Part shown: piece after piece, positions 43,851 through 53,486 of the stretch
How positions within the stretch are numbered: the first letter of the stretch is position 1
Layout of the letters: every line of letters begins with the position of its first letter
IMG/VR virus record: IMGVR_UViG_2529292922_000010
From: a virus
Taxonomy: Duplodnaviria > Heunggongvirae > Uroviricota > Caudoviricetes
Strand: one strand, 5' to 3'
Length of the DNA: 64,000 nucleotides
The notes under the pieces: model-generated
Databases searched by the model: none
Told to the model about the DNA's origin: nothing
Seen by the model: the letters and a program-made list of their open reading frames with translations, nothing else
Translations under genes and position numbers: made by a program

Positions 43851-45440
43851 ATGTCTCAATATTCAATTCAACAGTCATTAGGTAATGCATCCGGCGTCGC
43901 TGTTAGCCCGATCAATGCCGATGCGACGTTATCTACCGGTGTTGCATTAAATAGCAGCTTGTGGGCTGGTATTGGCGTATTTGCGCGTGGCAAGCCGTTT
44001 ACTGTTCTTGCGGTTACTGAGTCCAATTACGAAGATGTTCTCGGCGAACCGCTGAAGCCGTCTTCCGGCTCACAGTTCGAACCAATTCGCCATGTGTACG
44101 AAGCTATTCAGCAAACGTCTGGTTATGTTGTCCGTGCTGTTCCGGATGATGCGAAGTTCCCGATTATTATGTTCGATGAATCAGGCGAACCGGCTTACAG
44201 TGCGTTGCCATACGGTTCTGAAATTGAACTTGATAGCGGCGAAGCCTTTGCTATCTACGTTGATGATGGTGATCCGTGTATTTCACCTACCCGTGAGTTA
44301 GCCATCGAAACGGCAACAGCGGACAGCGCGGGTAATGAACGCTTCCTCTTAAAACTGACCCAGACGACTTCGCTCGGCGTGGTAACGACCCTGGAGACAC
44401 ACACTGTGTCTTTGGCGGAAGAAGCGAAAGATGACATGGGCCGCTTGTGTTATCTGCCTACGGCTCTGGAAGCCCGTTCTAAATATCTGCGCGCGGTTGT
44501 TAATGAAGAGCTGATTTCGACGGCGAAAGTAACAAATAAAAAATCGTTGGCGTTCACTGGTGGTACCAACGGTGATCAGTCGAAAATATCAACAGCTGCG
44601 TACCTGCGTGCGGTGAAAGTGCTGAACAATGCGCCGTACATGTACACCGCTGTTCTTGGCCTGGGCTGCTATGACAATGCGGCTATCACCGCATTAGGTA
44701 AAATCTGTGCAGATCGCCTTATTGATGGCTTCTTTGATGTCAAACCGACATTAACGTACGCAGAAGCACTACCAGCTGTTGAGGATACCGGTTTACTTGG
44801 TACCGATTATGTAAGCTGTTCTGTCTATCACTACCCGTTCTCCTGCAAAGACAAATGGACCCAATCCCGTGTGGTCTTTGGTCTGTCTGGCGTGGCGTAT
44901 GCGGCGAAAGCTCGTGGCGTCAAGAAAAACTCTGATGTCGGCGGTTGGCATTACTCACCGGCTGGTGAAGAACGTGCCGTCATTGCTCGTGCGTCAATTC
45001 AACCGCTGTATCCGGAAGATACCCCGGACGAAGAAGCAATGGTCAAGGGCCGTCTCAATAAAGTATCTGTTGGCACCTCTGGCCAGATGATCATCGACGA
45101 TGCTTTAACTTGCTGCACGCAGGATAACTATCTGCACTTCCAGCACGTCCCATCCCTGATGAATGCAATCAGCCGTTTCTTTGTCCAGTTAGCCCGACAG
45201 ATGAAGCATAGCCCGGACGGTATTACTGCGGCTGGCCTGACTAAAGGGATGACCAAACTTTTAGATCGCTTTGTCGCCTCCGGCGCTCTGGTGGCTCCTC
45301 GTGATCCTGATGCTGACGGTACAGAACCGTATGTGCTGAAAGTTACGCAGGCGGAATTCGATAAATGGGAAGTAGTCTGGGCCTGCTGCCCGACTGGCGT
45401 AGCCCGTCGTATCCAGGGCGTACCGCTGCTTATTAAGTAA
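43851..45440 (+). CDS. contractile tail sheath protein
   Basis: 529 aa, composition and size typical of myovirus sheath; position corresponds to P1 gene 22. Confidence 0.55.
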   Translation: MSQYSIQQSLGNASGVAVSPINADATLSTGVALNSSLWAGIGVFARGKPFTVLAVTESNYEDVLGEPLKPSSGSQFEPIRHVYEAIQQTSGYVVRAVPDDAKFPIIMFDESGEPAYSALPYGSEIELDSGEAFAIYVDDGDPCISPTRELAIETATADSAGNERFLLKLTQTTSLGVVTTLETHTVSLAEEAKDDMGRLCYLPTALEARSKYLRAVVNEELISTAKVTNKKSLAFTGGTNGDQSKISTAAYLRAVKVLNNAPYMYTAVLGLGCYDNAAITALGKICADRLIDGFFDVKPTLTYAEALPAVEDTGLLGTDYVSCSVYHYPFSCKDKWTQSRVVFGLSGVAYAAKARGVKKNSDVGGWHYSPAGEERAVIARASIQPLYPEDTPDEEAMVKGRLNKVSVGTSGQMIIDDALTCCTQDNYLHFQHVPSLMNAISRFFVQLARQMKHSPDGITAAGLTKGMTKLLDRFVASGALVAPRDPDADGTEPYVLKVTQAEFDKWEVVWACCPTGVARRIQGVPLLIK

Positions 45441-45449
45441 GGGAATACA

Positions 45450-46265
45450 ATGAGCAAAAACTTTTTTCAATCCGGGGCATTTTTGGGGAATGGACTGTCT
45501 CGTTTCGCTTTGAACTCTGATCCTGTGCAGCTGATGGAGTCTGCCCGAGCAAGCGCCGAACCGCCAACAGATCCGGTTATTAATAATAATCCGGAACCGG
45601 CGGCACAGACTAACGATAACGTTCCATCTGCCCCGGCTCCTGAGCAAATCCTGGAAGGGAAAGACGGTAAAGAATGGACCGTCGAACAGGCGCACCAGAT
45701 GATTCTGGAAGCTGCAAATCGAAGTGCTATGCAGAATGCGTTGAGTGATGCGGCCGACGCCGTTTTCGCCTGGGCTGATAGCGGTGATCTGACTTTCGAC
45801 TCCCTTGATGGTTTCGTTCAGGCTATCGCTGGTATCTCTGATGACGACGACTCCGAAGTTACAGAAGAACAGGACGATGCCTATAACGAAGCATGGGCAA
45901 ATGTTGCTGACTTCCTCGCAGCATGCGGTGTAGATGATGACCTGATCGAAGCACTGGCTGACGATGAAGACGACGACGCAGCTGCTGATGTTGGTGCCTC
46001 TATCGCTGGTTTAGATAGCGACGACCGCGACGAACTGGAAGCGGCGTTTGTTGTTGCTGGCACTTCTGATGAAATGCTGACTGAAGCATTTAAGAAGGTT
46101 GTTCGTAACGGTGAGATCAAACTCATCCGTAAACGCCTGCGTAAAAAACGTCTGACTGCGGCTCAAAAATCGGCGCTGAAAAAAGCGCGTCGAAAAGCCC
46201 AGACCGGCGCGGCAAAACTTGCCCGCAAAAAGTCAATGAAACTGCGCCGTAAGCGCCTTGGCTAA
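45450..46265 (+). CDS. acidic virion protein with strongly basic C-terminal tail
   Basis: 271 aa; Asp/Glu-rich body, C-terminal KRLRKKRL...KKARRKAQ...RRKRLG. Confidence 0.45.
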   Translation: MSKNFFQSGAFLGNGLSRFALNSDPVQLMESARASAEPPTDPVINNNPEPAAQTNDNVPSAPAPEQILEGKDGKEWTVEQAHQMILEAANRSAMQNALSDAADAVFAWADSGDLTFDSLDGFVQAIAGISDDDDSEVTEEQDDAYNEAWANVADFLAACGVDDDLIEALADDEDDDAAADVGASIAGLDSDDRDELEAAFVVAGTSDEMLTEAFKKVVRNGEIKLIRKRLRKKRLTAAQKSALKKARRKAQTGAAKLARKKSMKLRRKRLG

Positions 46266-46300
46266 AGGAGGAGGCCGGAGAACTCCGGCCTTTAACTTGA

Positions 46301-46882
46301 ATGGCACCTATTCCTTATGGGGTTTACAGCCAGGCTGACGGTGTATCGCCATATCTGAAAGTTACTTTAACGAACTCTCAGTACCAGGTTACCGGATATA
46401 TCAGCCAGGGAGCGGCAATGAACATGGCCCAGAATTGGGAAGCGCCGTTTACCGGTATGTCCATGGGATCTGTTGCTGGTGCCTTCAGTGGTTTTGCGCA
46501 GGTTGGTACTGAAACAACGTCGGTTGCCCGTTGGAACAGCTTAATGGTTTGGGAAGGGGGAACACCGCCGACTTTCACGCTGCCAGTAACTTTCATCGCT
46601 TTGTTTGACCCATTCACGGAGGTTTCAGGAGCTATCGCCGCATTGTCAGCGATGATTAGCCCGGAACTTAAAGATGCCAGTATTGGTGGTCGAATCCCGG
46701 AGCGTGTGACGCTAAACATTGGTCGCCGGATCAACATCATTGATGTCGCTATCCAGGACATAAGTTTCGATCTCGATGCGCCCAGGGACAGCAATGGGCA
46801 TTTCCTGAAAAACACCGTCAACCTCCAGTTGACCGGTTCTTCGATATATAACAGCTCCGATATTGTTCGGGCGTTCCAGTAA
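46301..46882 (+). CDS. tail structural protein (possible tube)
   Basis: 193-aa ORF in structural operon. Confidence 0.4.
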   Translation: MAPIPYGVYSQADGVSPYLKVTLTNSQYQVTGYISQGAAMNMAQNWEAPFTGMSMGSVAGAFSGFAQVGTETTSVARWNSLMVWEGGTPPTFTLPVTFIALFDPFTEVSGAIAALSAMISPELKDASIGGRIPERVTLNIGRRINIIDVAIQDISFDLDAPRDSNGHFLKNTVNLQLTGSSIYNSSDIVRAFQ

Positions 46883-46893
46883 AAGGATTTTAT

Positions 46894-47403
46894 ATGGGGC
46901 ACAATAACACTAAGGGAAACCGTAAATTTATTAAGGGCCGCTATACTGCCAACGCGGCCAAAGGCGAACGACTGGTATCTTCTGAATTCCAGCTCACTTT
47001 TGCAGGCCATGAAGATATCAGCGTACTGGTTCGCACGTCGCAAATTCCTGAAATGACCCGCGAGGATGTGGAGGACTATGGTCCGAATGGTGTGAAGTTC
47101 AACCAGCACGGTCCAATTCGAAACTCTGGGGAAATCCAGGTCCAGTGCGTGGAGACTATCGAAGGCGATATTCTTCAGTTCATTAAAGATCGCATTGCGG
47201 CGAAGGACTATGTTGATATCACGATGGCTGCTACCCCTGAATCCAAATCTTCCGGGGTTAACGCTGTGACAAAAGCTGCTACAACAATTGAAATGTTGGA
47301 CTGCAAAATCTACAGTGATGCAATCGACTTTAGTACCGAAGATGTGACTGCCGCTGTGCGCCCGTCACTTCGTATCGTCTACAACTGGATTGAGTGGGAT
47401 TAA
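46894..47403 (+). CDS. tail structural protein
   Basis: 169-aa ORF followed by terminator. Confidence 0.4.
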   Translation: MGHNNTKGNRKFIKGRYTANAAKGERLVSSEFQLTFAGHEDISVLVRTSQIPEMTREDVEDYGPNGVKFNQHGPIRNSGEIQVQCVETIEGDILQFIKDRIAAKDYVDITMAATPESKSSGVNAVTKAATTIEMLDCKIYSDAIDFSTEDVTAAVRPSLRIVYNWIEWD

Positions 47404-47422
47404 GAGTCATCCCTTGTATTTT

Positions 47423-47446
47423 AAAGCTCCTTCGGGAGCTTTTTTA
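47423..47446 (+). terminator. rho-independent terminator
   Basis: AAAGCTCCTTCGGGAGCTTTTTTATTT. Confidence 0.8.
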
Positions 47447-47519
47447 TTTGGAGAGGAAAGGGTGCATTGAGGATACCTGACACACGAAGAGTGGCGAGGA
47501 TCTCTCCCCGCCAGGTCTC

Positions 47520-47675
47520 TTACCTTTCAGATTCGTAGGCTGTGAAGACAGTGACCTCCGTCTGGCCGGTTCGGATTCGTACCTCGCAGAGGTCTTTCCT
47601 CGTTACCAGTGCCGTCACAATGACGGTTAAACAGATGACGATCAGAGCGATTAACATCGCTTTTTGCTGCTTCAT
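47520..47675 (-). CDS. hok: Hok/Gef-family type I toxin
   Basis: 51 aa MKQQKAMLIALIVICLTVIVTALVTRKDLCEVRIRTGQTEVTVFTAYESER, near-identical pattern to Gef/HokC. Confidence 0.9.
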   Translation of the reverse strand: MKQQKAMLIALIVICLTVIVTALVTRKDLCEVRIRTGQTEVTVFTAYESER

Positions 47676-47733
47676 AGCCTGCTTCTCCTTGACCTTTTGG
47701 TCGGTAAGAGGCTAATCTACGTATGCTAAGCAT
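47527..47733 (-). CDS. mok: Mok-like overlapping reading frame (translational coupler for hok)
   Basis: 68-aa ORF overlapping hok in another frame, as in hok/mok/sok loci. Confidence 0.5.
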   Translation of the reverse strand: MLSIRRLASYRPKGQGEAGYEAAKSDVNRSDRHLFNRHCDGTGNEERPLRGTNPNRPDGGHCLHSLRI

Positions 47734-47770
47734 AGATGTGGCCTCAGATTAATGTTAAGCGTCTTGCAGG
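47690..47770 (+). ncRNA. putative Sok-like antisense RNA region (approximate)
   Basis: inferred from locus architecture opposite the mok start; boundaries not determined. Confidence 0.25.
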
Positions 47771-47856
47771 ACGCGTAATGTTATCTGGGGCTTTCTTCTA
47801 TCTGCTTTTCGGGTAATGCCTGAAGCAGATAGCCTCAAGCACCCGCAACGATTGTA

Positions 47857-48156
47857 TCAATGTCTGGCTTTTTTTCTATAGAAATCACCTGGAAGGGTGA
47901 ATATCCACATCAGAAGAAATGTTGCAGCAAACATGATCCCTAATGGCCAGACCGCGCCAAAGAAAATCCATACTAAGATCTCCTCTGCTTGTTCTTTGCG
48001 GTCGATATCGACAAGCATTTTTCGGCTGATCATGTATACACAGAAGCCAATACAAACATATCCTGCAAAAGCGATCGCTAACTGTAAAAAATCAGATTGC
48101 ATCTCCGACCTCAAACTGAAAACGCCAGGTGACTCCAGATTAGAGCAATCTATCAC
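47857..48156 (-). CDS. small membrane protein (two TM helices)
   Basis: 99-aa ORF, hydrophobic segments; start may be internal Met. Confidence 0.35.
   Translation of the reverse strand: MIDCSNLESPGVFSLRSEMQSDFLQLAIAFAGYVCIGFCVYMISRKMLVDIDRKEQAEEILVWIFFGAVWPLGIMFAATFLLMWIFTLPGDFYRKKARH
48137..48149 (-). promoter_or_regulatory. C1 operator-like half site
   Basis: AGATTAGAGCAAT. Confidence 0.35.
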
Positions 48157-48998
48157 CCTCTAAATCCTGCCGGTATACCCCATTGTTCGTTATCTTTATT
48201 TTTGGCTAAAACCGCATTAAGAGCTTCGTTTACCGTCATGCAATGCGGCAAATTATCGAAGTTTGATACCCCGCCAATATCAGGAGAACGCTTGTTCTTC
48301 AGGTAAGCATATTTCCGCGCTGCCGCCTCTACTTTCTGCTTGAACTCATGTTTTTGAGCGCGTTTTTTGGATAACCGCAGATTGTCAGCCTTTGCTTTTG
48401 CCTCGGCGATCCATGAAGTCAGTTTTTTGAGGCTGGTCGTTTCGGCACCGCCGGAAACTGATCTTTTTGTTTTTTTAATTTGTGACTTCTTATTCTTTAT
48501 TGCCACGTCATCCTGACAGGGGGAGGGGGTATCATTTTGACATGGGGGTGTGGATAAAAAATTAAATAAAGCCAATGTCTTAGCGAGAACAGCTTTAACC
48601 TTGGTTGCCGCTGAAGAGATCTTTAATTTGCTTTCAATCAGCGCATTTTTGGCTTGTTGTGCGAAGGCCAAAAAGGATGGTGTAAACCGGTACAGGTTAG
48701 CGCGACGTTCACGGTGATCGCCGATAACAATCTCTACAGACAGGATTCCTTTGTTTACAGCTTCACGGAATGCACGAACGACGGTTGATTGGCTATAACC
48801 AGTTTCTGCCGCGATCAGGCGGTGAGGCTTGTGAATGAAGTATTCACTGGTTGTTGCCGCGAGATTTGCACATTGCGACAGGATATGCCCGGCGCTACGG
48901 GATAGACCGGAGTGTGTTACAAAGCAGGCCAATTCATAGCCAGAAAAAGTAAAATCGCTCATCGTTATACAGCTCAGGAAAGTGACTTTAGCCAGCAT
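48153..48998 (-). CDS. repL: lytic replication protein RepL
   Basis: 281 aa, basic C-terminal half; downstream of kilA under a C1 operator as in P1. Confidence 0.65.
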   Translation of the reverse strand: MLAKVTFLSCITMSDFTFSGYELACFVTHSGLSRSAGHILSQCANLAATTSEYFIHKPHRLIAAETGYSQSTVVRAFREAVNKGILSVEIVIGDHRERRANLYRFTPSFLAFAQQAKNALIESKLKISSAATKVKAVLAKTLALFNFLSTPPCQNDTPSPCQDDVAIKNKKSQIKKTKRSVSGGAETTSLKKLTSWIAEAKAKADNLRLSKKRAQKHEFKQKVEAAARKYAYLKNKRSPDIGGVSNFDNLPHCMTVNEALNAVLAKNKDNEQWGIPAGFRG

Positions 48999-49027
48999 TA
49001 CAATGCTGGTGGTTCTTACTACGTCTG

Positions 49028-49828
49028 TTAGCGCGTTGCCGCGACAGGTACCAGCACACCAGCATCAAGCAATCGCTTCATCAGCCACTGCTGACCTTTG
49101 CCGGTTATACGAGTCGTGAAAGAAATCCTGCTTCCATTGCTTGTATCGATCACGGTTTCTTTAAGGGTGAAATACCCACGGGATATGTATTCTTGTTTGG
49201 GGACGTTCCTGCGTTCACCGGTTGCGATCAGAATTCCGTTATCACGCAACCAGGTGAAGAGATAGTTTTGGCCCAGGCCGAGCACTTTGGCATAGTTGCC
49301 GATTAGAACCCCGCTGGCGGTAGCAACGCGTTCGGCGAATTCGACTTTAGGTGCATCCATAAGCATTTTTTGCTCCAGCCGTTGCTTTTGCTCTGCCAGG
49401 TCGGCAGCCAAACGGAGAGCTTCAGGGAGACTCTGCGGAATAGCAGGTTGTAATCTTCCGGCTCGATAGTCGATAAATGTCTGGTTTACCTTCAGCCGAA
49501 ACGCGGGAGAAATCCAGCCTGCGTACTCCACAGCGAGCAATTCATGGGCAAAAGTGCCGCCGCCACGGCCTTCGAACGAAACTATGCAATTCTGCATAGT
49601 TTCTTTTTCAAGCTCTTCGATGAGCTGTTTTGCTGACAGCGTTCTTAGCCATTGAGCTGGCGCTTTATGGGCACCGAGTCCGCTCGCTCTGTGTAGAGCA
49701 TTAAGGTTGTAACGGCCAGCGCGGTCGGTCGTAATTTCAACACCACAAATAACGGGCAGAGTGGTTGAAGGATCGACATTTTGATGAAGGTTTGATATAT
49801 TCATATCCGCATTGAATGTTTGTTGCAT
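49028..49828 (-). CDS. kilA: KilA (KilA-N domain plus antirepressor-like C-terminal domain)
   Basis: 266 aa; KilA-N-type N-terminus; C-terminal domain shared with Ant. Confidence 0.75.
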   Translation of the reverse strand: MQQTFNADMNISNLHQNVDPSTTLPVICGVEITTDRAGRYNLNALHRASGLGAHKAPAQWLRTLSAKQLIEELEKETMQNCIVSFEGRGGGTFAHELLAVEYAGWISPAFRLKVNQTFIDYRAGRLQPAIPQSLPEALRLAADLAEQKQRLEQKMLMDAPKVEFAERVATASGVLIGNYAKVLGLGQNYLFTWLRDNGILIATGERRNVPKQEYISRGYFTLKETVIDTSNGSRISFTTRITGKGQQWLMKRLLDAGVLVPVAATR

Positions 49829-49897
49829 TTTTTCTCCAAATTTGCATCAACCTTCAATCACCAGCTCGAAATGGTGATTCTTTGCACTTAGAAAACG

Positions 49898-49915
49898 AAA
49901 TTTATTAGAGCAAAT
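49898..49915 (-). promoter_or_regulatory. C1 operator controlling kilA-repL
   Basis: AAATTTATTAGAGCAAAT. Confidence 0.65.
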
Positions 49916-49992
49916 TTTTCTGACTCGATCCAGATCGGGTTGGACGATCTGCTCAGAAACCTGCCAGTTTGCTGGCAGGTTTTTTTCTTTTG

Positions 49993-51030
49993 TTAACCTA
50001 TTGCTACTGGTTTTAACAAACCAGCATCAAGTAGCTTGCGAGTTAACCACTGCTGGCCTTTACCCGTTAATTGGGGCGTCAGCCGTATCTGGTAGCCATT
50101 TTCATCATCCAGCACCACTTCTTTCACCGTGAAATACCCGGCGTTGATGTACTGTTGGCGCGGTACGTTTTTGCGCGCACCAAAAGCCATGAGAATGCCG
50201 TTCTGGCGCAACCATGAGAAAAGGGCGTTTTGCTTAAGTCCAACGACCTTTGCAAAGTTCCCGATCAGGATTCCATTAGCCACTGATACCCGGTCGGCAA
50301 AATCGACTTTAGGGGCTGCGGCCACCAGCTGTTGTTCCAGCTGCATTTTCTGTTCTGCCAACTCGGCAGCCAGGCGTAGAGCTTCTGGTAATGTTTGGGG
50401 GATCGATGGGGCAGGGGAGTTTGTCTGCTGCAATTCTTCCAGTTTGTCGATCAGCGAACGGCGGACCGCTTTTGACTCGCGCGCGGCGACTCGCAGGGCT
50501 TGTTTGAAAGTCATGGTTATGACAAGCATTGATGTTTTGTTCATTTTTTCCACTACACTTTTTGTGTAGTGCTCACCATCAAGCTCATCGAGTATTTTTT
50601 CGATGAATTTGTTGTTCCGAACCTCTGGTTCCCCACATAACTTACGCGCTTCATTGACCATCTTTAACAGTGTCAGGCTGTCGATTGTGTCTCCGGTGTT
50701 GGAGATAACATTCACTGCTGGTGATGGCGTAGCTGAAGCAACAGGTGCTGGTTTTTCAACATTCAAATTATTACCGGTCATTCTGCGCGCCTCCTTTCTC
50801 ATTTCTGCTGCCACTGTTGCGTAACGTAGACGTCCTTGTTCAATCAAATAATCCCTGATCTCGGCTATCAGTAGCCTGTTGATCACAGCCTTATCTGTTC
50901 GGGTATAAAAACGTCTGGTTATCATGAAATAGTTGGCAATTGCGCCGGGGATCTCCCGTGTCGGCATACAGGTTGTATGCAAAGCGATCGCTTCGGCTAT
51001 TTCATTACGGGTGACGAGAGGTGTTTTCAT
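49993..51030 (-). CDS. ant1: antirepressor Ant (Ant1, with probable internal start for Ant2)
   Basis: 345 aa; C-terminal domain paralogous to KilA C-terminus; preceded by icd. Confidence 0.75.
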   Translation of the reverse strand: MKTPLVTRNEIAEAIALHTTCMPTREIPGAIANYFMITRRFYTRTDKAVINRLLIAEIRDYLIEQGRLRYATVAAEMRKEARRMTGNNLNVEKPAPVASATPSPAVNVISNTGDTIDSLTLLKMVNEARKLCGEPEVRNNKFIEKILDELDGEHYTKSVVEKMNKTSMLVITMTFKQALRVAARESKAVRRSLIDKLEELQQTNSPAPSIPQTLPEALRLAAELAEQKMQLEQQLVAAAPKVDFADRVSVANGILIGNFAKVVGLKQNALFSWLRQNGILMAFGARKNVPRQQYINAGYFTVKEVVLDDENGYQIRLTPQLTGKGQQWLTRKLLDAGLLKPVAIG

Positions 51031-51248
51031 AAACCCCCCTGAACGTTGGCAGAGAAGGGGAGGCTCCAGTAACTAAGTGAATTGCGCGAGTCAGTTGAAA
51101 AACGGGCAGTAAAAATGCAGGGGCCATCAGGCAATTGAGAGCGTGCTTCGTCTTCAGTTGCTGCGATAACGAAGTGATAGTGGTGTTTTTTACAGGAATA
51201 GAAACGCCAGATGAATTCTGGGCGTGCGCAAGGATTGGCATTAACCAT
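51027..51248 (-). CDS. icd: Icd (interference with cell division), overlaps ant start
   Basis: 73-aa ORF ending in a 4-nt overlap with ant ATG. Confidence 0.55.
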   Translation of the reverse strand: MVNANPCARPEFIWRFYSCKKHHYHFVIAATEDEARSQLPDGPCIFTARFSTDSRNSLSYWSLPFSANVQGGL

Positions 51249-51249
51249 A

Positions 51250-51340
51250 GTTACGGCCTCACAATCAGGTTTAACAACCTGCTACCCGCTGCTAAACAGG
51301 TGGCAGGACGTGACGGGGTTAGCAGACTGGCGATTGTGAA
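51250..51340 (-). ncRNA. putative C4 antisense repressor RNA region (approximate)
   Basis: position between operator at 51566 and icd, as in P1 immI; boundaries not verified. Confidence 0.3.
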
Positions 51341-51565
51341 ACCAGCAGGCCGAAGCCTCCCCATCACGCCCCACCATAATTTGGGCGTAACGCGGTTTTA
51401 CGGACACAAAAATACCGCAATATCGGATATCTGCGGCTGTCCGCACAATCATTCAGGCTGCTAAACCCGGTCGCAGAATTTGCTACGACGGCGGAACTAT
51501 AAGCCTGAACGATTAAAAGGTCAATATGATGCGAAAAGATAGCATTCGCGACTTAAAAATACAAA

Positions 51566-51579
51566 TCTATTAGAGCATT
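51566..51579 (-). promoter_or_regulatory. C1 operator upstream of immI operon
   Basis: ATCTATTAGAGCAT variant. Confidence 0.5.
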
Positions 51580-51648
51580 ATCTGATTAGTAAATACACAA
51601 CTGGATCTAATAACCTCTTTTTTTTAAAGGCGAAAATATGTACCCTAA

Positions 51649-52323
51649 ATGAGTTATAAGGCAGGTGAGGTTATAATGAGAAAACTATTACTACCGTTAT
51701 TATTTATGGCTGGGACTGTTAATGCAGCATCAAGCGTAAAGGAGATTTGTACCGATTATACGAAATACCTTGGGCACGTTTACGGCTTTGCTGTCAGTCA
51801 AGACGAATCCATGCGCAAGAAGTTACTGTCAGATATGAAACGCCTTAAACTTTCTGAAGCGATGGTGCAGCAAGAACTGTATAAAGTCGCAACCAACGAA
51901 AATGCTAAATATCAATATTCTCGCCTGTTAAATCCCGACGCAAACGAGATCAATCGAAGCTCTTTCGATTATATGGTAAAGGCATGCGAAACCGCTCCTG
52001 ATTTTGCTATTCCTAGCTGGGGTGTGCTGGTGGCGAGCAATGCCGTTAATAAAGAAGACGTTGGAAGAAATGGCATTGATTCAATCAGAAACTCACCGGG
52101 AATGCGCCATCAAAACGTTCAGGGTACGCTTGAAGAACGGGCCAGGGGGCCGGGTACAAACTCCCCAATGGGAAACCTCTCCCCGGAGGAATTGCAAGAG
52201 TATAACCAACGGATGGAGCAGTATGAGAAAGCTGCACGCGAAAAAATGGAACAACAAAAAAACGGATCTCTTAATACTTTCCAGCAAGGTTTAAAAGCGC
52301 TTAATTTACCCTATGAATGGTGA
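51649..52323 (+). CDS. secreted protein (signal peptide) sharing a motif with Sit; possible superinfection-exclusion protein
   Basis: N-terminal signal peptide LLLPLLFMAGTVNAAS; internal RNSPGMR...VQGTLEERARG segment also found in Sit. Confidence 0.5.
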   Translation: MSYKAGEVIMRKLLLPLLFMAGTVNAASSVKEICTDYTKYLGHVYGFAVSQDESMRKKLLSDMKRLKLSEAMVQQELYKVATNENAKYQYSRLLNPDANEINRSSFDYMVKACETAPDFAIPSWGVLVASNAVNKEDVGRNGIDSIRNSPGMRHQNVQGTLEERARGPGTNSPMGNLSPEELQEYNQRMEQYEKAAREKMEQQKNGSLNTFQQGLKALNLPYEW

Positions 52324-52374
52324 ATATATGGTGGTTAACTAATTAAAATATTAATATCCAAAGGAGATAAATTA

Positions 52375-52851
52375 ATGCGCATCAAACGATTTTTACTAGT
52401 TATTGCTTTGCTTACTCCGTTTTCATCAATGGCAAATGTAAGCAAATGGTCAACCGGCGAGACTCATGGTGTTCGTTCTTATGCTGTTTCCAGCAAAGAT
52501 AATTATACGCTTACATTTGAGTGCGATGTTGGATTTAATAATACGGATCCCAATCAAGTAGGAACACGACTACTCACTCTCATGAAAACAGAACCTGGCG
52601 GTGAGTCATTTGATGCTAAAAAAGAACAAATAACGCTGAAAGTTGGTGATGATGAATATCCTATCAGTTCTATCGGTTCCTCTGTGGGTGATAGTTACTG
52701 GTATGGTTTTTGGTCAGATACCCCTGATATGGAAGTTAAAACATTCGATGCATACGTAGACGGAAAAAAAATCGCAACATTTACGCTACGTAAGGCCGCA
52801 GAGCTTTTCAACGCGGCACCTGAAGATGGCTGCCTGAAGCGCGCAAAATGA
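52375..52851 (+). CDS. secreted protein (signal peptide)
   Basis: MRIKRFLLVIALLTPFSSMA signal peptide. Confidence 0.5.
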   Translation: MRIKRFLLVIALLTPFSSMANVSKWSTGETHGVRSYAVSSKDNYTLTFECDVGFNNTDPNQVGTRLLTLMKTEPGGESFDAKKEQITLKVGDDEYPISSIGSSVGDSYWYGFWSDTPDMEVKTFDAYVDGKKIATFTLRKAAELFNAAPEDGCLKRAK

Positions 52852-52885
52852 CCTGTCACAAATGACTACTCGTAGAATCGGTTAA

Positions 52886-53476
<591 letters not shown>

Positions 53477-53486
53477 GGGGGCTGAT

